In this document: in pieces, positions 13,283-23,954 of the stretch
How positions within the stretch are numbered: position 1 is the stretch's first letter
How the letters are laid out: each line of letters starts with the position of its first letter
Source: Octopus bimaculoides
Lineage: Eukaryota
Length of the DNA stretch: 64,000 nt
Direction of reading: 5' to 3'
Assembly (NCBI RefSeq): GCF_001194135.2
Contig: NC_068982.1
Span: forward strand, 37,272,466-37,336,465
Made by a program: the position numbers and the translations under genes
The notes under the pieces: generated by a model
What the model was told of the DNA's origin: nothing
What the model saw: the letters and a program-made list of their open reading frames with translations, nothing else
Databases searched by the model: none

Positions 13283-13494
13283 TGTTTTATATCCTTGGCA
13301 AACGTTGGATATATAAGAAAATGAAGTAGAAGTAAAATCAATGTGTTCACATGACATACTTCACAAGACTCCAACATGTCCTCTCAAAGATTCCTATCGA
13401 TCCCCTCATCTCAACTAATATGCTACTCTTTATAAAAGTTTGGCTAGTCCATTCTTCCAATTCCCCGGGGGTGTCAATGACTCTTGCCACAACA
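13283..13494 (-). repeat. 3' LTR (about 212 bp)
   Basis: Starts TGTTGTGG directly after the PPT and ends ccaaggatataaaaCA; its first 74 bp match the 5' LTR with 14 mismatches. Confidence 0.7.
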
Positions 13495-13505
13495 TCTCCT
13501 CCTTT
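13495..13505 (-). promoter_or_regulatory. Polypurine tract AAAGGAGGAGA
   Basis: Purine run immediately 5' of the 3' LTR TG on the - strand. Confidence 0.8.
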
Positions 13506-14073
13506 GAGATTGACTTCCGTTGGAAGTTAATGTTATTATTTTCATTTATTTATTTTTCTTTCATCACATCTCCCTTTTTGAGATTTTCCTCCTAGGGAAG
13601 TTTAATATTTCTTCCATTTAGGCACTACTTCCAACCGTTCTATTTGTTTCCTCTTTCTTGTGCTGCTACTCCTAGGTTCAATTCCTTGTAGTGTTAGAAC
13701 ATCAAAAGTGTCATAGAACACTTCCATGGGTATCTCTTTTTTCTGTGTATCTATTTTTTAGCTGGTTTAAATGTTGTTTGTCTTCCCATTTTTCACCTCT
13801 TATCATATGTCATTTCGCCTATTTTTTTTCCAAGTATTCTGTCTTCCCAACCTTGTCTTCCATTTTTATATATTTTTGAAAACACCTTGTCACCGATATT
13901 GAAATGCTTTGTCATATATTTAGTGTTTTTCTTACTGGTAGCAGCTTGTCAAACTTTGACTTTTTTTGTTAGCAAACATTAGTTCTACTGGCAACTTGCC
14001 TAAAAAAGTGTTTGGGTTTGGTGTAATCCTATAAACCCTCAAGAATTGTGTCAATGCTGCATCATCAACTAGT

Positions 14074-14680
14074 TCATTTTTTGATTTCTTTATGCACTTT
14101 TAAATGTATCCACAAACCTTTCTGCTTGCCAGCTTGATCTTGGGTGATATGGATGAGTAGTGATATGTTCAATTGAGTACATCTTGCAAAAATTCTTAAA
14201 TCATTCGCCGTGAATTGTGTACTGTTATTGGAGACTATGGTATCCAGGACACCACACCTAGAAAAAAATTTGTGTAGAAATTCCACTGTTACTGAGGATG
14301 TCGGTTTTCTACATTTACACATTTCTGGCCATTTTGAAAAGTTATCTACACCTATTAGATAATATGATTGGTTTAATGGTCCTGAAAAATCTATGTGTAG
14401 TCAGGACCAAGGAATATCGGTCTTGGGCCAAGGTTGAAATTTTATAGGTGGTGATTTCACTGCCAGAGCACAACCTCTGCAGGATTTTACCAACTTCTCA
14501 ATATCTAGATCCATTTTTGGCCAGTAAACATAATTCCTCATAAGTGACTTCATCCTAGAAATTCCTGCTTGTCCAGTGTGGAATTACTTTAACATTTGAC
14601 CATGTAGTGAGGTAGACATTACGACCCTCTGTGCATACATAAGCATATTATCACAAATTGAATACAAATTCAAAACTATG
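14074..14680 (-). pseudogene. Gypsy integrase (zinc-binding and catalytic core), inactivated
   Basis: FHTGQAGISRMKSLMRNYVYWPKMDLDIEKLVKSCRGC; LHIDFSGP; VDNFSKWPE; DTIVSNNSTQF (normally SDNG); in-frame stops. Confidence 0.9.
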
Positions 14681-14899
14681 TTGTATCCAGCCATATGTAT
14701 TTTTTATTTGTTTCTTCTGAGTTCACTATTTTTTTCATTCTTATGATAAACTTAATTTTTGATAAACTTAATTTTGATATGATAAACTTAATTTTTATTT
14801 CCTCCAATGTCACAGGCAATTCACACACAACATTGCACAATATATATATTTTTTTCATTTTTGGCTTTAAGACCACTATCACTGTGTCTTTTAGTGGTT

Positions 14900-15800
14900 C
14901 ACTGTATTTTGGTATTAATCTTGACAAACCATCTGCATATCTCAATTTTTTTTATGGCAAATACTCCATTTTGAAGTTGTAATTCAGTAGGATCGTTCTC
15001 CAGCATTGCAATCTGTTGGCTGTATGTGTAGAGATGCCCTTTTTTGATCCATAGAGCCACAATAATGGAAAGTGGTCTGTCTGCAGACGGAACTTGCTTC
15101 CATATATAAATTTATGGAATTTTTTTACCACAAATATGATGGCTAAAGCCTCTTTTTCTATTTGACTGTAACTTTTCTCAATCAGCAATAATAAACACAA
15201 TGCATGAGCTCCTGCTTTCAGGCTACTATCTTCATATTTGTGTAAAACCGCAGCCCCAATACCACTTTCACTAGCATCTGCTGACACTACTATTTCTAAA
15301 TTCGAATCACAATGTGATAACAACAATTCTGATGTTAAGATGTTTTTAATTTCTTCAAAAGCCTTTTGGCATTTGTCCAACTAGTTCCACTTAATGTCAT
15401 TTTTTAACAAGTTATTCAGAGATGCTCTAAAATCGTGCATATTTGGTGTGTATACCTGGTAGTAATTTGCAAGCCCCCAAAATGCTTGTAACACTGTAAT
15501 GTTTGTCAGGGGAGGTATATTTTTTATTGCACTCACCCTAGACAGGTCTGGTCTGCGTCCATTTTCATCAATAATCTGCCCTAGATATTTTATTCTTGGC
15601 GTAAAAAATTCACACTATTACTCACTGAGCTTAAACCCATAATCTTTTATTCTTTCGAAGACCTTTTTAACATGCTCAGCATGCTGACCTTGAGATTCAC
15701 TTTATATGTCGTTAAGATAAGCTACAGTGAAATCAGAACCTGCAAACGTAATGTCCATAACTTGCAATAAATTTGAACATTCCTCATTGACTTTTACCTG
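14900..15800 (-). pseudogene. Gypsy reverse transcriptase (partial) and RNase H
   Basis: AYLNDI (YLDD mutated), FERIKDYGFKLS, KYLGQIIDENG, GLANYY, CQKAFEEIK, VSADASESGIGAAVLH, YSQIEKEALAIIF, FRLQTDH. Confidence 0.92.
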
Positions 15801-15829
15801 CAAACATGCTTCAAATATTTATGGGGAGG

Positions 15830-16130
15830 TCCCATAAGTTAAATAGTTCCATCCAGCCTGTTCCAAATAAATTTGTTGCATTTTTCAACACAAAAACTTT
15901 GGCTTTCAAGGTTTTTCTACGAAATGTAACATCACTTATTTTGCCCATAAAATGCAATTTTTTTCCTGAAACACCTCACCCAATTTTCAAAGTTTCCTTT
16001 AATCTAGGTTTCCCTATTTTTCTCCATGTATCTGTACTAATTATCGTGATATCACTACCCGTATCCAATTGTAATTGTAACTTGATATTCCCATTATTCA
16101 TTTTTATGAACACAAATTTTCTTTTCTGAG
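15830..16130 (-). pseudogene. Gypsy aspartic protease
   Basis: LQLDTGSDITII (LDTGS at 16054-16068) and NLFGTGWMELFNLW. Confidence 0.9.
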
Positions 16131-16149
16131 CCTGACCCTTTCTTTTGTT

Positions 16150-17036
16150 TCACTATACAATGTGAGCTTTTATGTCTGATTTTTCCACACTCAAAGCATT
16201 TATGATTTTTAAAAGGACAATTACTTCTGAAATGTAAACCTCTGCTCTCATAGCATGGATTAGGTCTTGATGTTCATTTTTTTCTTTTTTGTTACCCATT
16301 CCCGGTCGACACGCATGTATCTGAGAGCAATTTTTTTCTTCAATTCTATCTACGTCATGTCTTAAATTTATAATCCTCTGGCATGCTTTAGCCACTGCCT
16401 GTAGAGTTAATTTTTTGGTCCTGTTCTAATTTTGTTAATATACAGGAACATATATCAGTATCTTTTCTTGCAGTTAAACCTTGAACAAAACTTACACATT
16501 TGAACAAATCCAGGGTTAATTCATTTAATTTGAATTTATCACAATCTCTGTTAATGACCCCAGCATAGGTGAAGAAATATTTTTCATCCTTTTTAACTAA
16601 ATTTAAAACTGCCAACAAGTATTGAACAGGGAACTCCTTTCTTTGAAAATTCTCGATAATAAATTATTTCATCGAAATAAATTTCACCTGGTTTCTTCAG
16701 CAGAATATAGTTACAATATTTTTCCTGTTCAGCAGGGGATATCTTTCTTAAAAGTAGTCGTACCTTCTCATCATTCCAATTTTTACATTCTGCTTTGAAG
16801 ATTTCTTTGTATCTTCTAAAATATGCAGAAAAAGTAGTACCTTCTTCTGGGTTATAAATAAATTCTTCAACTGAATTTGCTACACCGTCTGACGAGAGCG
16901 AACCTGAAGTATTTTCAGTCTTCTTCAACATTACTTCCACTAACTGTTGGTATTGTTGTTGTTGCTGTTGTAGTTGTTGTTGTAACTGCTATTGTTGCTG
17001 TTGCAAATGCACCATGCAAGCCAATAAGTCTTCCAT
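16150..17036 (-). pseudogene. Gypsy gag (polyQ N-terminus, CX2CX4HX4C knuckle at 16157-16198)
   Basis: ATG at 17036 (MEDLLACMVHLQQQQ), FIYNPEEGTTFSAYFRRY, CFECGKIRHKSSHC; frameshifted. Confidence 0.85.
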
Positions 17037-17106
17037 GTTAATGATTTTTTTTCTTTGATTTTGTATCAAAACAAAAATCTTAACATCCAATGCAAGCTTC
17101 AAATAT

Positions 17107-17117
17107 CTCGTCTTCAT
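17107..17117 (-). promoter_or_regulatory. Degenerate primer-binding site (aTGAAGACGAG; resembles TGGCGACGAG)
   Basis: Directly follows the LTR end ggttataaaa and precedes the gag ATG. Confidence 0.5.
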
Positions 17118-17563
17118 TTTTATAACCTTGTTGTTGCCTGACTCTAAGGTAGTATTGTTTGTTGCACACAGCGCTCTCGTTTTTCATTGTACTAAGCACT
17201 CTTGTTTTTTGGTCAAACAGACTTCAGTGCAATTTTTTAACCCCTAGAAGACAACTCCTCTAGCTGGTTAACACTGCACAGCTGCATCCGATATATTGTG
17301 AGCAGTGGGAATCAAACCCCTACCACATTCTAGCGACGGGACCAGCACACAGTAATTCAAACAACTACCATTACAGCAACTTACAGGTTTGGTGCAAGTT
17401 CAATGCAGCAACTTACAGGCTTGCTGTTAGTTCAATGCAGAACTAACACACTGACTCTTACCAATTTATACTGAACTCTTGTCTCAATACGCTACTCTTT
17501 ACAAGAGATTAGTTAGCCAATTCTCCCAATTCCCCAGAGGTGACAATGACTCTCACCACAACA
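17118..17563 (-). repeat. 5' LTR (about 446 bp)
   Basis: Starts TGTTGTGG and ends caaggttataaaa; contains a 32-bp tandem repeat x2 (17374-17437). Confidence 0.7.
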
Positions 17564-17576
17564 ATATCTACATCTG

Positions 17577-17640
17577 TAAATGTAAACAAACTAACATTTG
17601 TTTTTATAAGCATCAAAATGTATATTGAACGATACAAATT
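17577..17640 (+). repeat. 64-bp direct repeat copy R1 (partner at 19114-19177)
   Basis: 5 mismatches in 64 bp by manual alignment. Confidence 0.9.
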
Positions 17641-17723
17641 AAATGATATTTTTTCAAATGTAGAATTGCCACTAGAACAGCAGAAATACTGGCTAAATTA
17701 CCCTTACAAAGCAGAAAAAAATT

Positions 17724-17804
17724 GTCAACAGCCACAGGACTTGAACCTATACCCTCAGAGACTCCAGCCGAGTGCTTTACTATTAAGCTAGACTGGCTGC
17801 TGAC
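17724..17804 (-). other. tRNA-like cassette with extended terminal stem, copy 1 (not a canonical tRNA)
   Basis: D-arm GCTT-AATAGTA-AAGC, T-arm ATAGG-TTCAAGT-CCTGT, 9-nt anticodon-like loop; ends GTCAGCAGCCA/TGGCTGTTGAC; flanked by AAATT on both sides. Confidence 0.7.
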
Positions 17805-17818
17805 AAATTCATCTGTAA

Positions 17819-19085
17819 TCTATATATATAAAAATGAGAATGTGTGTCTGTCTGTGTGAATCCCTAAAACTCGAGAACTACGCAACCAATTTCATTCAAA
17901 TTTTACAGATGCTTTACTTAGGGTTCCAGTTGTGTTTTAGTCAAAAAAATTTTAACTTCTTGCAGAGTTCGAGCCCACGGCAACATAATATCTCCTCCAC
18001 TATTTAAGTATTACGTGTCAAAAGTGAAACAAAAACACTCATGTCAAATACTTTCACTTTAAAAATGAAACTATTCTACTAACTGAAACAATNNNNNNNN
18101 NNNNNNNNNNNNNNNNNNNNNNNNNNNNNNNNNNNNNNNNNNNNNNNNNNNNNNNNNNNNNNNNNNNNNNNNNNNNNNNNNNNNNNNNNNNNNNNNNNNN
18201 NNNNNNNNNNNNNNNNNNNNNNNNNNNNNNNNNNNNNNNNNNNNNNNNNNNNNNNNNNNNNNNNNNNNNNNNNNNNNNNNNNNNNNNNNNNNNNNNNNNN
18301 NNNNNNNNNNNNNNNNNNNNNNNNNNNNNNNNNNNNNNNNNNNNNNNNNNNNNNNNNNNNNNNNNNNNNNNNNNNNNNNNNNNNNNNNNNNNNNNNNNNN
18401 NNNNNNNNNNNNNNNNNNNNNNNNNNNNNNNNNNNNNNNNNNNNNNNNNNNNNNNNNNNNNNNNNNNNNNNNNNNNNNNNNNNNNNNNNNNNNNNNNNNN
18501 NNNNNNNNNNNNNNNNNNNNNNNNNNNNNNNNNNNNNNNNNNNNNNNNNNNNNNNNNNNNNNNNNNNNNNNNNNNNNNNNNNNNNNNNNNNNNNNNNNNN
18601 NNNNNNNNNNNNNNNNNNNNNNNNNNNNNNNNNNNNNNNNNNNNNNNNNNNNNNNNNNNNNNNNNNNNNNNNNNNNNNNNNNNNNNNNNNNNNNNNNNNN
18701 NNNNNNNNNNNNNNNNNNNNNNCTTACATTGTGATTTCTGCAATGTGGTGCATAAATTGTCAAGTAAATGAGACGCATCTTTGCCTCCACTGATTCACTT
18801 GCAAAGTGTTGAGTAAAATTATTTCGTTTCAGACCTCCTTTGGGTCTTTTTATTATCACTACGACACACATAGTCCCCAGTTGGTAACAATGATTTCAAG
18901 GCCCTCCTAGATGAGAGACTGGCATTCCACTTAATGTCTATGTTCCATGCTGGCATGGATTGGAGAGTTATTAATGTAGAAATATGGTATCGTAGCTACT
19001 AACAGTTGAGGGTTGCGTAGTCTAGACAGCGTTTTTAGATTTCATTATTCTCTTTAACCCGGGCAAAGCCGGATATTTCTGCTAG
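17819..19085 (+). mobile_element. Non-autonomous Helitron (contains a 630-nt N gap)
   Basis: A|TCTATATATATAAAAATGAGAATGTGTGTCTGTCTG 5' end; 3' GC hairpin CCCGGGCAAAGCCGG then CTAG|T; inserted between A and T, no TSD. Confidence 0.85.
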
Positions 19086-19113
19086 TATATTGCTAAATGT
19101 ACAACTACATGTA

Positions 19114-19177
19114 TAAATGTAAACAAACTAACATTTGTTTTTATCAGCATCGAAATGTGTATTAAACAATACAAATT
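19114..19177 (+). repeat. 64-bp direct repeat copy R2
   Basis: Matches 17577-17640. Confidence 0.9.
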
Positions 19178-19258
19178 GTCAGAGGGCAGTTTAATGGTAA
19201 AGCACTCTGCCAGAGTCTTTGAGGGATATGGGTTTGAGTGCCATGCCTGGTTGTTGAA
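19178..19258 (+). other. tRNA-like cassette copy 2 (inverted relative to copy 1)
   Basis: agtttaatggtaaagcactctgccagagtctttgagggatatgggtttgagtgccatg aligns to the reverse complement of 17724-17804. Confidence 0.65.
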
Positions 19259-19329
19259 AATAACTCAAATAGTTCAAATACTAAGAAATAAGCATTCTCA
19301 ATTTGATTTATATGAAATAATTTACAAAG

Positions 19330-19618
19330 ATGAATGGGTTATTTCCCTTGGCTCTATATAAGGATCCCTTTCAGGAGTTGAATGGGTTATTTCCCTTGGA
19401 TGTTTAAAATAATATATTAGTTATATGTAGTAGATATAAGAACCCCTTCCAGGGGCCCTATTATCGACTTTTTCAACAATCTAAGTATGTCACTAGTCTA
19501 CTAGGCATGAGTTCTACTCATGTCTCAAGTTTCATCAAAATCCATAAAACGATGTAGAAGGAGTTAGTTAACAACGCCACAAACAAACACACCCACAGAT
19601 TTCCACATATGTAGTAGA
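19330..19618 (-). mobile_element. Possible second Helitron/HINE-like relic with internal short duplications
   Basis: Starts TCTACTACATAT..gtgtgtttgtttg..ggattttgatgaaacttg, similar in style to the Helitron head at 17819; gaatgggttatttcccttgg and tatgtagtaga each occur twice; no 3' end found. Confidence 0.35.
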
Positions 19619-19630
19619 CATATATGTATA

Positions 19631-19825
19631 CTTTATTAATAAAGCTGCAAAAACATCACTAAAACTGTTCCTCAGAGTTTTACATTCCCATTCGTCAGAC
19701 AATCAAAAATGTGAAACTCTGAGTAACAGTTTTTACAGCTTTATTAATAAAGCATATTATTCCACCTCTGGTATTCGTGTACTATTTTTTCCACCTTGTT
19801 TCACATTTATGTTCTTACTCTGGTA
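19631..19825. mobile_element. Penelope-like element terminal-repeat relic: inverted repeat carrying hammerhead motifs
   Basis: Inverted arms aactgttcctcagagttttacatt / aatgtgaaactctgagtaacagtt; palindrome gctttattaataaagc at 19738-19753. The Penelope assignment is inferred from the known PLE-hammerhead association. Confidence 0.65.
19664..19703 (-). ncRNA. Degenerate minimal type I hammerhead ribozyme motif
   Basis: ATTGT-CTGACGA-ATG-GGAA-TGT-AAAAC-TCTGA-GGA-ACAGT: stems I and II and CUGANGA are intact, but G12 and U16.1 are mutated. The + arm at 19710-19730 keeps TGT-GAAAC-TCTGA-GTA-ACAGT. Confidence 0.75.
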
Positions 19826-20281
19826 TGTATATATATATATATATATATATAATCTCTTGTTTTAGTATATATCAGACTATATTTATGTAGGTAGAGTATA
19901 ATTGGAGGGAATGTCATTACTATTTTCTCTAAGTTGTGTAAATATGCAAAACACTTCCTTCATTGACTCCAGTTCTGTTTCATGTAGTACTGGGACAAGT
20001 GGTTACATTTCCAACATGTTCTATTCTGATTTTAGGGAAATTTGGTTGCGCTGTTTGTGGCAAGTTGCATGATGACATTGGCTTAACCTAAGCTTGCTTG
20101 TTGCTGTGTGTCCCAGACCAGTCTGTGCAAACAAAATGTTCTGTATATCAGGATTTGTATTTTTTCATATAGCCCTTATTTAAGATGGTCAAATGTGATT
20201 TGTGTGAGATTTGGTTATTATTTTGAGTACATTGAGCAATCATGTGTTTAATGTGTGTTCAACAAACTTGTCCATTAGTAC

Positions 20282-20418
<137 letters not shown>

Positions 20419-21064
20419 ATGTAGTTGTTGAACTTAAGAGATGGGTTTCTCTGTTACTTCTGCAAAGTAGTTACAATTAAGAGTAGAGTGAGGTTTAAGT
20501 CAGCTAGAGGAGGTAGCTAAGGGGAGATTTTTTTTACCTCACTCTCTCACACTTCCACACACTTGTATACACACACATCTTGACACATAAGTATCAATAT
20601 GTTAAAATCATATAAGTATATGGTGGCAGATTCCACAGTAAGGTCTGAGCAAGTAGACTGTAACCCAGTTTCAACTTTAAATTTCAACGATTTCTTGTCT
20701 TTTACATCTCTAATGTTCTCAGGAAATAAACGTCCCAACTCTTCATTCTCATCTGAAAGTTTTAGATTTTCAAATATCGTGCTTCTTTATGATAATATTG
20801 TTTAATCCTTTTGTAGCCATATTTCTTATGAAATAGTACATTGTATTTGATAGTTCAGTTTAATGAAATAACAAACTTTTTTGTTATTTAAAGATTCATT
20901 TGTAAAATTAAGATCAGCAGGTATATTTCAGATATGAACAACTAAAAATGGACCAGGGTGGTCTTAGATATATTATACCAATAACTTCTTACATATATGC
21001 AGAATAATGAGATAAGTGCCAACTCTATACATCTGTGTATAGTTTGCATTCATCTTTAGATAGA

Positions 21065-21102
<38 letters not shown>

Positions 21103-21759
21103 CCATAAATAGTTAATTAGGAATCTTACTGAATAAGATTTCTTTCTCTGGACTGACCAATAGATAAATATCCAATGTAAGTTTGTCTGTAGGCATTTTT
21201 ATTTTCTATATTGTCACTGTTTAACATAGCCAAACCAATTTTTTCATTTCTTTCATTTATATTTTATATTGACTACTAAGTGTTATATTGATGTGGCTTC
21301 CATTGTGTCTGAATTCTTGATAGCAAAGGTTTGATTCTATCATTTCCAAACCAAAACTTTCATTGGTAATCTTCCTACTATATAATTATTTTTAATGTAC
21401 ATTAGTTTTGACAAAAATACTACATTATTTTCCTACTTCAATAGAATATGCACTAATTCCGAGCATTTAAATGCAAACATTGCACATAGTAAAATATTGA
21501 AGATCTATATAAAATATAAATATACTTACGGTTAAGGTTTGGAACAATTTCACATTGAAACAGCAAAACTTTACCTCTACTGTTGTAACCAAATTTAGCT
21601 CTTTCTTAACAATTCTTTTTCCTATTCCATTCAATGTAATTGCAACAGGCAGATAAGAAATTAAGATGTTAAATGTTATTTTGAAATTATAAATTTATCA
21701 GTCATTCTATTAAAGTTGGCTACAAAATAACCCAAATGACTAATTGTTTAATGGTTTAG

Positions 21760-21990
21760 CAGGAAAATGCCAACTTTAGCAAAGACCAGAATAGTTTTGA
21801 TTTATCTATTTTATGTGATGGTGCCACATAAAAAACATCCAGTACATTCTGTAAAGTGGTTAGCATTCGAAAGAACATCCAGCCATAGAAACCAAGCCAA
21901 AACAAACTATGAAACCTAGTGCAGTCCCTGGCCTTGCCAGTTCCTATCAAGCCATCCAACTCATGCCAGCATGGAAAATGGATATTTTAA
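21760..21990 (+). mobile_element. SINE type C
   Basis: gtgccacataaaaaacatccagtacattctgtaaagtggttagcatt..aacatccagccatagaaacc..ccatgccagcatggaaaatgg. Confidence 0.8.
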
Positions 21991-23539
21991 AATGGAACAA
22001 ATTTAAAGAAGAGATTCCTTAAACAAACTTAAACCTTCAGCAAAATCATCAAATTTCGTTGTCTATGCATTGCCTAATCAGAATTTTAAATTACTAATGT
22101 ACTAGATATTTCAAAAACATTCTTACTTGTATTATCATTCTCCATTTATATATACTATTGGTCCATACTCAATTTTCTAAAGTATAGTTTCCTAATTTTA
22201 AAAAAAAAACCCAGCTTTTCATACTTAATAACACTCAGGATTTTCAGTTTTCATTTTTATTTTATGGTCATCAGTTTACTTGAGAATTCTTTCAAATATA
22301 GGTTCATATTTCTTTATTATTATTCTTGCTACATTCCATATATATAATGTAAAATATTTTCAAACCCCTAGCATTATTATTTTATTAGTTATAGTAAATA
22401 AAATTAAATAAGACAACATATATTTTTCATGTAATTGTCATGAGACAAACTAGAACAACAAATTGTTTTTCATTTCTAAATTTGATTACAAAATATGGAT
22501 TCTTTAACCTTATATTGATTACACTAGACCTCTTTCTAGCTTAATTAACTAGACATTTTACTATTTTTTATTAATAATTTTAAATTTTAAATTGCATGTT
22601 GTATTGAAAAATTAATTCATTATAACAAAAGATGTTGAAATCAATTAAAATTTAGAAGCAACACAAATCCTTTTCTTTCTTTTTTTTTTTACTGTAATTT
22701 AAGGTTTTTCATTGTTGGGAAAGATACATTGGTGCTAGTCAGTGCTAGAAACTAAAAATATTTGACAAATTTGCACACACAATAGATTATAAATTACATT
22801 TTCAAAGCTAAATACACTCTGTTACTTTACATTCAACCTGAACTAATTCTTCAATGCAGTGTCTGTTGAATAAAGAGAAATAAAATTTAATGTCCGGGAA
22901 TGTTCATCAGACAGAATCAAAGATATTTGCTGCGGTTGAATAAATACTTAACCTCAATGACTAAATACGATTATTAATGGTTTATGAGAAAACAAGAGAT
23001 TCAAGGGACTTTATCCTTCTTTAAAAAAAAATTTTTCTTGCAGAATAAGTGATAAAATTCATGAAATTAAATTAACCTTTGAATATTTTTCTGTATGTTT
23101 ATATGACCACACAATTTTCACTCCTTCCCTCCCTCTTCTTCAGCATCTGTACAAACACAAACTAGAAATTTCTAACCGAAAGAAAGAAAAAAAAAACAGT
23201 TCAATATATAAAAAATTAAAGCAGCAATTACTATGTTACATGCCACATTTTTTTATATTTTCAAATGTTTGACACTACCTCTAGTATATTTGATACAAAA
23301 CTACCTGTTTTAAAGTCTTCATATCTAAATTAAAACCTTCTAACATAATTCTATGTAAGATCCTTTTGTTACACTTTAAACATCAATGAAGTTATTTAAC
23401 TAAGTGCCTCCAAATTCTTGATTATTTCCAAAATTAATTGGAAAATCATTGCTAATGTATTTTATTAGCTGTATTGTTTTGAAAGGGTTAAGAAAAAACA
23501 GAAATCTATTTTAGTTAAAGTTGCATTTTTGAAAATAAA

Positions 23540-23570
<31 letters not shown>

Positions 23571-23579
23571 ATGATATAT

Positions 23580-23830
23580 CATCATCATCATCATTGCTGT
23601 ATTTATGTCCACTTTCCTTGCTGACCTAGATTGAATGGTTCAATAAGATCCATCAGGTCATTGGATGCCATCTTACTTCAATATATCAGTTTTGGCATGG
23701 TTTCTGTGAATGGATCTTCTTCATAACATCATCCACTTTACAGTGTTCTGGTTGCTCTTATCATGGCAACAACAATCGGTGAGGTAGCCTTGTAACTTGC
23801 AAAACTAACCAGCTTTCACTACAGAGGTAG
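23580..23830 (-). mobile_element. SINE type C, old
   Basis: (cat)n tail and ttggcatggtttct..tggat core on the reverse strand. Confidence 0.65.
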
Positions 23831-23954
23831 AAAGGACGGTGACTTTTCATAGGAGGTTAAGATTTTTAATTTTGATAGGAGGAACAGATATATTGAAGGC
23901 AGAAGGTGTTAATGAAGAAGCTAATAGACTGTGTTAAGGGGAAATATATTTGCA

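Larger units (their letters stand above)
13283..17563 (-). mobile_element. Decayed Ty3/Gypsy LTR retrotransposon (gag-PR-RT-RNaseH-IN order), internally deleted
   Basis: gag with CCHC knuckle, protease LDTGS, RT YLND, RNase H ADAS..GIGAVL-like motif, integrase H2C2 and LHIDFSGP; PBS, PPT and LTR termini recognisable; many stops and frameshifts. Confidence 0.95.

Noticed and set aside
17724-17804. Functional tRNA gene
   Set aside because: It has a 9-nt anticodon loop and a disrupted acceptor stem; treated as a tRNA-like repeat.
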